DNA of 64,000 bases. Source: a virus. This document shows, in pieces, positions 19,401-28,381 of this stretch. The notes under the pieces are model-generated. The model searched no databases, was not told the DNA's origin, and was given only the letters and a program-made list of their open reading frames with translations. The first letter of the stretch is position 1. Each line of letters starts with the position of its first letter. The translations under genes and the position numbers were made by a program. The stretch is from the IMG/VR virus record IMGVR_UViG_3300025168_009799, positions 25,750-89,749 of that record; one strand, written 5' to 3'.

Positions 19401-21775
19401 ACCAAGTATTTTCTACTATGCATAATTTAGGGGTTGTACATAATACTGCCCACTGTGCTATGGAATTTATTCCATCTGAAGAAAATAGAATGATTAGAAA
19501 TAGGGCTATTACTTATCAGGGAGCCGCTGATTTAATAGGAGCTAAAGGACTAGGATTTACACAAGAAGATATTATAGGTAGTGGATTTGATAATGAAGCT
19601 ATGGGTAAAACAAATGCTGGTTATACTTCTATAACTTGTCAAATTTCTCCGAATGGTACAGAAAATTCTGGGTCCGAAATTTATTTTACACATCCTTCTA
19701 CGGGCCAGTGTAAAGGTTGGGAAGAACATCCAAGTTATAATCAGGATTGGTTAGCTTACAATACATGGAGTTTTGATCCTTATACTAGAAATTATCCAAT
19801 GATGTTTTCACAAACGCTTCAAGCAAATGGTGCTGAATCTATGACTCCAATAGTTAATCTATCTAGTTTAAAATATAATGTTTATTCAAGATGGAATACG
19901 CAAAAATTAATTCAGACTGGATATTATTGCCCTATAGATAATTTTGATCCTAGAAATCCTACAGCTACATTTAGTACGAAAGATATTTATCCAGACGGTA
20001 TATTTGGAGGAGACACATTTATATGTAGAGTTGGGTATAGAGCAGGACATATGGATAATTATGGAGAGGCATACGCAAGAACTACCGGTTCTAATGTTAT
20101 TAGAACTAACATCTACTCTTCTTTTTCTGCTTCACATAAGAGAGATAATCCACCTCCTTTACAATATAAGGCATTATACTGTACTATGGCTGAAAGTACG
20201 GATAATATCAATTTTAGATATGAGCATTATGATAACTCTAATAACTTATATAAAGCTTGGCCTGCAAGTTCTGCCCAAGCGGTAGTGAATCAGCCTTTAA
20301 CTTTTGATTTAAATAATCAAGTAGGACATGCTTATGATGAAGTTTATTCAGCAGATAATGATGTAAGGTATGCGATAGCGTTTCCATTTATAGATGATAC
20401 AATGGATAAGTTCCCAAACAGAATTATCAAATCAAATGTTGATGCTCAAACTAAAATAGACGCTAATAGAGTATTCTTAGCGAATGATTATAAAGATATT
20501 AGTACTAGTAAAGGTCCTATTAATGAGCTTTTAAATTTATCTAATTTGTTATATATACATTGTGATAGAAGTTTATTTGCAACTAAAGGTAAACAGACGG
20601 TTCAGCTTACTGATACTTCAGAAGCATTTATTGGAAGTGGTGATATTTTTCAACAAGAGCCTCAAGAAGTAATATCTGTTGATCATGGATATGGAGGAAG
20701 ACAATCTATTTTTGGAGGAGTCTCTACACGTTATGGATATTTCTTTATGGATAAAGAAGCTGGAAAAGTATTTCAGTTTGATGGAGAGTTAAATGAGATT
20801 AGTAAATTAGGATTAGAAAAAACATTTAAGGAATTAGCAGGAAGTCCTTTATCTGTTTATGGAGTTCCAGCAGATAGTCCTCTTAGGGGCTTTGGAGTTT
20901 CTTTAGGATGGGATCCTAAATATGATAGACTTTTAGTTACTATAAATACCGTGTCTCCTACTGCAACATTTCTTACTGGCATATCATATAATGGACCTCT
21001 TGGTCCTAATAATGGAGACGGCGCTATAGCCTATTATCCTCCCACTGGGTACTTTCGTGTATTTAGGAATGATGGTGGAGTTCCTAATTGGATTACTTTA
21101 GAATATTCTAATACTGGATATTTTAATCAAGATCATATAACAATCTCTTATTATCCAGAATTTAAAATGTGGGGATCTTTTCATGATTACCATCCTTTTA
21201 TGTATTTTAATAACTACACAAAATTCTTTAGTCATCCTGGAGTATCTGGATCGTTCTTTGATCATTTAGCTGATACTATCCCTGGAAACTTTTATGCAGG
21301 ACAAACACCTGCTGTTCAAGGAATATTTGAGTTTGAATATGTAGTTAATCCACAACCAGAACAGAGTAAATTATTTTATAATGTGCATTATGATGTACAA
21401 GTAAAAAATTCAGCAAATAATCCTGAACATGATTCTGGATTTGACAGTTATTATGTTTATAATTCTAAACAAATCTGTCAGGAGACACAAATTTTACACT
21501 TAGTAAATGCTAGAGTTGTAGACACTTCTGTTATATTAAATCAGTTGAGAGATGATACTGATTTTACTACTGGAAATCTACCAAATTTTACCATGTTTAC
21601 TAATAATTTAACTGGAGCTATAAACAATTCTTATATAGATGCAGCCAAAACAGATCTTAATCGTAGTCGTTTTGTAGATAAATATTTAATTATACGATTA
21701 AAATATAGTAATTCTACAAATAATTTATTAAATTTGTACTCTGCAAATGCAGGGTATCGTCAAAATCACAGATAA
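16412..21775 (+). CDS. Tail stabilisation/muzzle protein (Tstab-like)
   Basis: KGINRD, YWTDNNN.P, LYLGNL, GYTREEVYAFYIVW, RHHHFP, FGGDTFI and GYFFMD...LNEISKLGL motifs of crAss-like muzzle proteins. Confidence 0.8.
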   Translation: MKYLKGINRDVGPTAQPEGTYRFANNAVLKKDYGAIANESGTNEFPSTVYIIGECSLDNGDFILFEADQDPTGDHYINRYDKNGVFLNTVLHRNDLNFSTLFPIKAVSKRVADEYIVYWTDNNNKPAVLNIARQETANTTVPFNDSLIYGSIIKDINNLSLMSYSGSVPVITSATVEEGGNLQTGTYYLALAYMGLDRVTTNYVTISNAVYVPGSKDTYAWTNIVGSPSGIPSNKQIVFHVGNLNTTFEFLQPVILRRAGGGYDAFKLTVQTIEAAVDIVTFSGSENYSTASPAEVIIDYPVYDKAKALEIVDSVLYLGNLEGSLDVGYQPYANAIELEATTKIIHNYEDIDFVESTLEDNVVKPLNKNSYRHAHMSYMYKGYTREEVYAFYIVWVLKDGRETYGYHIPGRTSSNNDNELDLVTNPTTVLEKQVPNVFNFHMNSWIDNSNYVNNMGYWENQDERYPISDNYETLDVSVVGNPIASSKPDLAGEAVRHHHFPSNNTCDDNTNDLNPIISNSVSSSFTTGVDIVDEVAPVNWNYAADPTNIDVRDSFGQTPPMGNRIEISTLDGLIFFEPRNIADDATGATPYYSGPQLPPGSSTDWGTRLAGQDWIEFFDWQTGNASPTADETNFLNAMNAVGPFHYGGLSGSTPPGSGPLQCNSFVHGWTDPYGFMYSAPGTTPAQIVANPQPHHWALNALGSASWCAPGAWGVHTQGFAYKPGVNDHNTCSWGGGTMNGLWPYGVPSCPVVSAPPCACGSPTSGTPYHGRKEKAIYYKQWYNGPMPNYLQYDISFKIRWVGSGVAQTSTTYTSPGPAPSDLNILGFHLNNVKVPSDIADTVQGFRVYRAERDWKNKRVWGQSPAISMRAVGGYDPNQGGGSNVGVVSPWPKDETQTDFIPSAAGGNTMLPYKTSGSPPKGAEYGDMRTVWVRTANPESLEQTYQSDKGNPTFFGDPAQYDIKYPNAGFALYDFTLLRQLKNIRPVSYLSLVHYTRNQVFSTMHNLGVVHNTAHCAMEFIPSEENRMIRNRAITYQGAADLIGAKGLGFTQEDIIGSGFDNEAMGKTNAGYTSITCQISPNGTENSGSEIYFTHPSTGQCKGWEEHPSYNQDWLAYNTWSFDPYTRNYPMMFSQTLQANGAESMTPIVNLSSLKYNVYSRWNTQKLIQTGYYCPIDNFDPRNPTATFSTKDIYPDGIFGGDTFICRVGYRAGHMDNYGEAYARTTGSNVIRTNIYSSFSASHKRDNPPPLQYKALYCTMAESTDNINFRYEHYDNSNNLYKAWPASSAQAVVNQPLTFDLNNQVGHAYDEVYSADNDVRYAIAFPFIDDTMDKFPNRIIKSNVDAQTKIDANRVFLANDYKDISTSKGPINELLNLSNLLYIHCDRSLFATKGKQTVQLTDTSEAFIGSGDIFQQEPQEVISVDHGYGGRQSIFGGVSTRYGYFFMDKEAGKVFQFDGELNEISKLGLEKTFKELAGSPLSVYGVPADSPLRGFGVSLGWDPKYDRLLVTINTVSPTATFLTGISYNGPLGPNNGDGAIAYYPPTGYFRVFRNDGGVPNWITLEYSNTGYFNQDHITISYYPEFKMWGSFHDYHPFMYFNNYTKFFSHPGVSGSFFDHLADTIPGNFYAGQTPAVQGIFEFEYVVNPQPEQSKLFYNVHYDVQVKNSANNPEHDSGFDSYYVYNSKQICQETQILHLVNARVVDTSVILNQLRDDTDFTTGNLPNFTMFTNNLTGAINNSYIDAAKTDLNRSRFVDKYLIIRLKYSNSTNNLLNLYSANAGYRQNHR

Positions 21776-21776
21776 T

Positions 21777-23153
21777 ATGAAAACAAAAAACTTTAAATAT
21801 GAAAAAGGAGGCGCAGGTGCAAGCATGTCTAGATATAAGAAACCTAAAAAATATCAGACTGCTGGAGTATATGGCCAATCTCAACTAAATCTAAACCCTA
21901 ATAACGCTGGTACTCAACAGTTTAGGTATACTTCTCAAGATCCCAATGCTATGGCTCTTGCACAACAAGGAGCCGATCAAGCAGGTCAAGACTATGATCA
22001 AGGTATCCAAGAGCATGATATGCAAATGGAGCTAGACGCAAAGAAATCTCAGATGGCTAATACAGCTGTTGGTACTGGATTAACCTTGGCAAATAAAGGA
22101 AATATGACAGCTAATTTTGCTGCTCAGAAGGCTTTTAAACAGCAAGTTTCTGATCAAATGGCTACAGGAATGTCAAAAAAGATGGCAACTGACGCTGTAC
22201 TACAAAGCGGTGCAACAAAACCAATGGCTCAAGGACTATTAGGTACAGGAACAGCTACAGTAGGTATGTCTAATGCTATTAATGTAGGTTCTTTAATTGG
22301 ATCTGTAGGAGGAAACTACTTAGAAGGAGCTTGGTCAGATGATGATGCTACTACTTATACTACAAAAGAAGGTATAGCAGGAGCTATAAAGACTGGATCT
22401 ACTTGGGCTGGATACGGTAATATGATATTACCAGGAGTAGGAGGACTAGTTGGAGGTGTAGCAGGAGTTGTGTCTAGTATCTTTACTGGTAAAAGTAAAG
22501 CAAGAAAAGCTAAAAAAGAGCGTAAAAGACTAGAACGAGAGTTTAAAGATAGACAAGGGCAATTTACGCAGAGGATAGGACAACTTAGATCTCAGGGTCA
22601 GCAGCAAGTTGGAGCTATGATGGGTAATAAATTAGGAGGTCCTAGACAATACGCTCATGGAGGACGTAGATTATATGGAAATGGAGGACCACCAATGGTA
22701 TATGGAAAGGGAGGAATGCAAATGGTATATGGAGATGGAGGACCCCCAATTGATCCACCACCAATGGAGCAAGATACCACTCGTGTTGAATTAACAGCAC
22801 AGCAAGAATATCAGCGATGGTTAGAAATGCAAAGACAGTTAGAGATGCAAAAATATATGGAATCAACAATGAGGCAGACTGCTGATAACGAAAGGCTAAT
22901 GCCAATGCCAATGCCTCCTCCTGCTGCCGCAGATAATACTTATGTACCACCATCAGCTGAGGAGTTAATGGAGCTGCAAAAGTTGTATCAGATGCAAAAG
23001 ACGACGGGTCAGTCAGGTAAGATGCAACTTGGAGGAATTCAAGCTATACCTGAAGAACAAATGGTTACAATGCAGCAATATCAACAACCTATGCAAGGTA
23101 TGCAACCAATGAATACTATGCCTTTTCTTAGAGGAGGATTTAAAAGATATTAA
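21777..23153 (+). CDS. Ejection/cargo protein with Gly-rich TM segment and xxxGG repeats
   Basis: Likely start is ATG 21777; LPGVGGLVGGVAGVVSSIF followed by a basic KARKAKKERKR stretch; no Cys; follows the muzzle gene. Confidence 0.65.
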   Translation: MKTKNFKYEKGGAGASMSRYKKPKKYQTAGVYGQSQLNLNPNNAGTQQFRYTSQDPNAMALAQQGADQAGQDYDQGIQEHDMQMELDAKKSQMANTAVGTGLTLANKGNMTANFAAQKAFKQQVSDQMATGMSKKMATDAVLQSGATKPMAQGLLGTGTATVGMSNAINVGSLIGSVGGNYLEGAWSDDDATTYTTKEGIAGAIKTGSTWAGYGNMILPGVGGLVGGVAGVVSSIFTGKSKARKAKKERKRLEREFKDRQGQFTQRIGQLRSQGQQQVGAMMGNKLGGPRQYAHGGRRLYGNGGPPMVYGKGGMQMVYGDGGPPIDPPPMEQDTTRVELTAQQEYQRWLEMQRQLEMQKYMESTMRQTADNERLMPMPMPPPAAADNTYVPPSAEELMELQKLYQMQKTTGQSGKMQLGGIQAIPEEQMVTMQQYQQPMQGMQPMNTMPFLRGGFKRY

Positions 23154-23154
23154 T

Positions 23155-25779
23155 ATGAATACTAAAGCATTACTAAAAATACTAGAGAAAAGACTTAAAG
23201 AGAAAGAAGTTACTAAACTTCCTGGAGGAGAAATGAAAACGATTCCTGGTTCAGACGCTGTAGAGTTTAAAGGACAATCACATGAGCAGGGGGGTATTAA
23301 ATTAGACAAACTTACTGAAGTAGAAGGAGGAGAAACTATGGATAAAGTAGTTTTAAAAGATGGTGTTCCTAATGACTATTTCTTTTCAAAACATTTAAAA
23401 CATAACGGTAAGAGCTTTGCTCAATTACATAAAGAGATTTTAAAGTTTGGAGGTGCAAAATCACAGCAAAAGATTCAAAATTTAGCTAGGCTTCAAGAGC
23501 AGAGAGCGGGCCGAGATGTGAATATAGTTTTAGGTGATAAAGTTATGTATGGTAATGATGCAGGAAAGTATATGAGTAATTATGTAGCACGAAAAGGAGG
23601 AGTAAGAAAATACCATATGGGAGGTAAAAAAGAACATGGGGTGAATACACCTATGCCTCTACTTCAACACACGCATACAAGTTATAATAAGAATCAGACA
23701 GACACAGAATGGGAAGAAGGGTCATCTCTTTATAATGGAGAATCAGCAACAGAATCTATTATTCTTTCTAGACCGGTATCTATAGATGATTTACAAAAGT
23801 TTTCAGAGGCAGAACTAAATGAATTTATAGAAAAGGAAGGTAAGTGGGTTCCAAAAAGATTTGAAGCAAAGTACCCAGAACTTACTCAAAAAATATTAGA
23901 CGGAAAAAGAAAAGCTCGACAGGATGCAATAGACTATAATTTTAATCAGGATATGCAAAGAACTCAAGCAATGAGTGTAGCGCAAACAGATAATACTACA
24001 GTGGTTAATAATCAACTTTATCCGGATGGTCAGGGTGGTTATACTAGCATGAATGACGACTATGAGGAGCCGTCTTATAATCATATAGAAATTCCTCATC
24101 AAAATGTAGATCTAGATTACAATCCACTGCAAAATGCTACTCTTGTACTAAAGAATGCTCAAATTAGAAATAATAATATTAATAATAAGAATAATACTAC
24201 AAAAAAGAAAAATTCTGGAAGTGGAAGTGGGAGCGGAAGTGGAAGTGGAAGTGGAAGTAATAATAACTCTACTAAGAAACAGGATTATAAATATACAGGA
24301 TTTGAGAATAGAGCTGATGGTAATAGATTTAGAAACTGGTTAAATTTAAATTATCCAGAATTTGCTTCAGAAATTGATTTAGATAAAAAAGGAAGTCATA
24401 CTAATAAGTATATTAAAAAGGGTTTAGAAAAATATGGAGATGAGTATACTGCATATTTATCTAACGAAGATAATTATGGAGGAGATACTTTTGATGTAGA
24501 TGAAAATAGAGACGGAGATGATCTTAAGGTTAATCAGTTTGGATATACTCAAGACGAGTGGTATAACTTACCTATGGCAGAAAAAAATGCATACTTCGCT
24601 GGAATAGATAATGAAAGGGTTGCAGAAGATGAAAACTATATAGAAGATGCTAATAAAGCTTACCACTTAGATAAGTTTGATCAACAATCTAATTTATCTA
24701 ATGATTGGGTAGACGTTGTAATGAAAGACGGTAGAAAAGTTAGAGTCCCTCGAGATAAGAAAGATGCTTATGTAGGTAATGATAATTATGATGAGGCTGC
24801 TTCACATTGGACTGATAACTTATCACAAAGAGAATCGGTCACTGGATTAGGTGAAGGGAGTTACACAGATGACGAAGGAAACTTGTGGGAGAAAGACAAA
24901 GCAGGTAGATGGAGAGTGAAGTATTCAAAACCAGGTACTGAGTTTGGAGACGATGAAAAAGTTTTAGATGATGACTGGACAACACTGGAAGCTAGAAATT
25001 ATCCAGGAGAAATGAATTTAACTCCTATGGGAGATCAAACTGATGGTACAAATGATAAAAAGGGTAAAAATAGTATGTGGCAAAAAACTAAAAACTTTGT
25101 TGGTAATACAGATATAAAAGGTTTATTAGTTGATTTAGCACAATTCTTACCAGTACATATGGCAATGAAAGATAAGCCAGGGCATATGAAACAATATGCT
25201 CCAATGCCTGAAGTAAGACTAAATAGAGTTAAATTTAATGAAGCTAGATCTAAGAACTCTGCAGATTTTAATGCATTAAATTTAGGTATAGATAATGCAG
25301 GACATGATCCTAGTTCTTTTGCTAAAAAGATGGCCTTATATGGTAAATCACAACAAGCTGATTTAGCTATTGATGGGACAGAAGCTAGAGAGAATGCAAA
25401 AATAGACGCAGCTGAAGCAGGAACAAACGTCGGTATTAGATCAGAAAATCTTAAAAATAGATTATATGTAGACGAGTTTAACTTGGCTTCTGACTCTGCT
25501 ACATTTGATAGAAAGTTAAATGCTATGAGCTCAGCAGTTCAGAATTTAGGATTGCTAAGAGAAAGAGCGTTACAATATAAAGGACAAAAATTAATGGCGG
25601 ATGCTGTTGGTAGAGACGGTATTAATACAAGACAAAACTTACGTGGAGACATGTTAACTAAATATTCACATAGAACTATTAATGGTATGAAATTCTCTGA
25701 GATGAATGACGCTGATCAAAGTTCTTTTATTGCTAATGTAACTAACAATAATCTGAATGTAATGGATTTGTTCGATTGA
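23155..25779 (+). CDS. Ejection/cargo protein
   Basis: GQSHEQGGI...EVEGGET motif, low-complexity linkers, no Cys; cargo gene block. Confidence 0.65.
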   Translation: MNTKALLKILEKRLKEKEVTKLPGGEMKTIPGSDAVEFKGQSHEQGGIKLDKLTEVEGGETMDKVVLKDGVPNDYFFSKHLKHNGKSFAQLHKEILKFGGAKSQQKIQNLARLQEQRAGRDVNIVLGDKVMYGNDAGKYMSNYVARKGGVRKYHMGGKKEHGVNTPMPLLQHTHTSYNKNQTDTEWEEGSSLYNGESATESIILSRPVSIDDLQKFSEAELNEFIEKEGKWVPKRFEAKYPELTQKILDGKRKARQDAIDYNFNQDMQRTQAMSVAQTDNTTVVNNQLYPDGQGGYTSMNDDYEEPSYNHIEIPHQNVDLDYNPLQNATLVLKNAQIRNNNINNKNNTTKKKNSGSGSGSGSGSGSGSNNNSTKKQDYKYTGFENRADGNRFRNWLNLNYPEFASEIDLDKKGSHTNKYIKKGLEKYGDEYTAYLSNEDNYGGDTFDVDENRDGDDLKVNQFGYTQDEWYNLPMAEKNAYFAGIDNERVAEDENYIEDANKAYHLDKFDQQSNLSNDWVDVVMKDGRKVRVPRDKKDAYVGNDNYDEAASHWTDNLSQRESVTGLGEGSYTDDEGNLWEKDKAGRWRVKYSKPGTEFGDDEKVLDDDWTTLEARNYPGEMNLTPMGDQTDGTNDKKGKNSMWQKTKNFVGNTDIKGLLVDLAQFLPVHMAMKDKPGHMKQYAPMPEVRLNRVKFNEARSKNSADFNALNLGIDNAGHDPSSFAKKMALYGKSQQADLAIDGTEARENAKIDAAEAGTNVGIRSENLKNRLYVDEFNLASDSATFDRKLNAMSSAVQNLGLLRERALQYKGQKLMADAVGRDGINTRQNLRGDMLTKYSHRTINGMKFSEMNDADQSSFIANVTNNNLNVMDLFD
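24214..24258 (+). repeat. GGAAGT hexamer microsatellite encoding a (SG)n linker
   Basis: tctggaagtggaagtgggagcggaagtggaagtggaagtggaagt translates to SGSGSGSGSGSGSGS. Confidence 0.9.
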
Positions 25780-25793
25780 TAAAATAATTAAAT

Positions 25794-28376
25794 ATGGCAA
25801 CTAAATATAGTAAAATAGGTATAGTAAAACCTTATGTTCCTCGATTTGTAGATGACGGGTCTGTAAAGATAAACACGTTATTATCAGAAAGATATGACAA
25901 TGCAATTGCAAATGAAAGTCTTTTAGAAGACGCTTATAATCAAATGCAAGTGGCAGACTTTGAGGGCGATCAAGAACTAGCAGGAGAACTAAGAACTAGA
26001 GTAGATAAAGAATTAAATTCATATAAAAGCCGAGGTGATTATGAAAATTTAGGTAGAGCAGTAAACAGGTCTGTTCAAAATTTTAAAACAGATTATAAAC
26101 CTTTAATGGATAATTATAGTGCTTGGTCTGGATATAAACAAGAGTTACAAGGAAGAGAAGATTTAACTCCAGCTCAGAAAAGTAAACGAGTACAAGCTGC
26201 TAAAGACGTGTATAGTAAAACTGATGGTTTAAAAAAAGATAAAGACACTGGTTTATGGGAAGGATTCTTTAGTGGTAGACAATGGGCTAAAGGGTTAGAG
26301 CTTACAGAAATGGCTGGTGATATTGCTAAAGATTTAAAAACAGAGTTAGTAGCTAGCGAAGGTTTTACAGAAGACCCTGCTACAGGCATTCTTATGAAAG
26401 TAGGTACTAGTAATGAATACTTAACTCCTCAGATGATTTATGATAGAGCTATGATTATGTTATCTGGTAGAGAAGATGTTAAAGCATTCTTACAAGATGA
26501 AGCATATATAACTTCTTCAGAATATACTCCAGATATGAAAGATGCTTTTGAAGGAGAGTCTTTAACAGACTTTAATAGCACAGTAGCACAATTAATGGAG
26601 AATGGAACATTTGAAGATCAGACTGAAGCAGAGGCAGCTGTATACGGACAATTAGCTTCACAAGGAATGTTAGACACAGCACTAAGAGCTGCAGGTGAGG
26701 TATACCAAGTTAAGAAGTTTAAACAAAGTATAGACGCACTTCCAGAATATATGCAATATGCTCATAATAGTAAATACGCTCAAAGTAGAAATGTTATCTC
26801 AGCTACTACAATATCTCAAGATGAATTTGTAGATTTAGGATTAATACAAGCTGCTAATAGTGAGTCTATGGATTTAGCGGAGAATACAGGAAATATTTTA
26901 AATTTAGCATTAGAGGAGTTTGGAAAAGATACAGGCTTAGATGCAGGTACTGCTAGATTAGTTTTAGAGAATTATAATCAACTAATGATGAGTAATCCTG
27001 AGTATACTACAGCGCCTCCAGAGGAGATAGCTGGAGTTATAGGAGTTACACCTCAACAAGTGTATCGTATACAAGAGTATGCTCCAGACATAAATAGATT
27101 GATTAATGATCACGCAACGTATCAAAAAAATGCATCTCAAGGTAGTAACTATCAAAATGAGTTATTTACTTTAGCTAAAGAGAATGGATTTGATATAGAC
27201 GGTTACATACAAGAAATGTGGGACAGTACACCATCTACTTGGACATCAAATGTGTTTGGAGAATCGAACAGTAGTGGTTTTGATATGCGTAAAGCAGAAG
27301 GAGCTGATATAGGGTGGTTAGGTACATCTATGCCTTGGAACTGGGACGAGTTAGAAAAGATGGAGTATGAAGATTTTAGAGAAATAGTTCTAACTGGAAA
27401 GTTACAAGATGGTCATGATTTAGGAGATGGAGGGTGGAATGAAGGAGACTTAGGTATGCTTAATCAGAAACTAACTACAGGTGAGGGAGTTGCTAGAGAT
27501 ATTAGATATAGATTAATGAATAAAGTTAATGAGATAGTACAAGCTAATCCAGACGCTTTATCAGGATCTGTGATTACTAATGCAGATAAGAAATCTCCTC
27601 TTAATAAACTTAATGTAGATATAACTACAGCTTTTAATGCTAATAAAAATGGATATACAGTTAAAGATATATACGGTAAAGATATTACTTTTGCAGATCA
27701 CTTAGTAGAGAATGGAGTATTAAACGATTATGGAGATATTAATAAGTGGGATATGGAAGAAGCATGGCCTGCTACTGGAGGATTTGTAAGTGATAATCCT
27801 TTAATGATGGTAAAGCTGAAAAATAATGAGAATGGAGAAACCATGACTACTACTATGCCTATGCAGCAATTACAAACTGAAACTTATAAAAGTGCAATGA
27901 TTACAGCATTAGATCATGAGAGTAATCCTGTAAGCAGACAACGTATGTTACAATCTTATGGACATAACATGGTTAATGTAGGAGGACAAAATGATTTTAA
28001 TAATAGTAATAAATTAAATATTAGTACTTTCTTTAATAGCGCTTTTCAACCAGATGTAGGAATTCAAAATGAAGTGGGCGTAACTTCTGAGCGAGCTTTA
28101 AAAATTGATTTACCTATATTTAATGGTGGAGCAAGTTTAAGAGTAGGTAAAAGGAAAATGCAATCAGGTCAGATGTATTATGATATTAAGGTAGCAGATC
28201 ATAATACGGGAGAGTTTTATGATCTAGGAGATCAAAGTGCTTTAGGCCCGGAAATAGTACAGTCATTACAGATGTTAGATAATAGACTATTAAGTAAGTC
28301 GTATAACAATGAAGCAATGTTATATGAGTTAGTTGGAGCATTAAATTATATTTCTGATAAAGGAATAATTAGATAA
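25794..28376 (+). CDS. Ejection/cargo protein
   Basis: 860-aa helical, Cys-free protein with N-terminal PYVPRFV; cargo block. Confidence 0.6.
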   Translation: MATKYSKIGIVKPYVPRFVDDGSVKINTLLSERYDNAIANESLLEDAYNQMQVADFEGDQELAGELRTRVDKELNSYKSRGDYENLGRAVNRSVQNFKTDYKPLMDNYSAWSGYKQELQGREDLTPAQKSKRVQAAKDVYSKTDGLKKDKDTGLWEGFFSGRQWAKGLELTEMAGDIAKDLKTELVASEGFTEDPATGILMKVGTSNEYLTPQMIYDRAMIMLSGREDVKAFLQDEAYITSSEYTPDMKDAFEGESLTDFNSTVAQLMENGTFEDQTEAEAAVYGQLASQGMLDTALRAAGEVYQVKKFKQSIDALPEYMQYAHNSKYAQSRNVISATTISQDEFVDLGLIQAANSESMDLAENTGNILNLALEEFGKDTGLDAGTARLVLENYNQLMMSNPEYTTAPPEEIAGVIGVTPQQVYRIQEYAPDINRLINDHATYQKNASQGSNYQNELFTLAKENGFDIDGYIQEMWDSTPSTWTSNVFGESNSSGFDMRKAEGADIGWLGTSMPWNWDELEKMEYEDFREIVLTGKLQDGHDLGDGGWNEGDLGMLNQKLTTGEGVARDIRYRLMNKVNEIVQANPDALSGSVITNADKKSPLNKLNVDITTAFNANKNGYTVKDIYGKDITFADHLVENGVLNDYGDINKWDMEEAWPATGGFVSDNPLMMVKLKNNENGETMTTTMPMQQLQTETYKSAMITALDHESNPVSRQRMLQSYGHNMVNVGGQNDFNNSNKLNISTFFNSAFQPDVGIQNEVGVTSERALKIDLPIFNGGASLRVGKRKMQSGQMYYDIKVADHNTGEFYDLGDQSALGPEIVQSLQMLDNRLLSKSYNNEAMLYELVGALNYISDKGIIR

Positions 28377-28381
28377 TAGAT

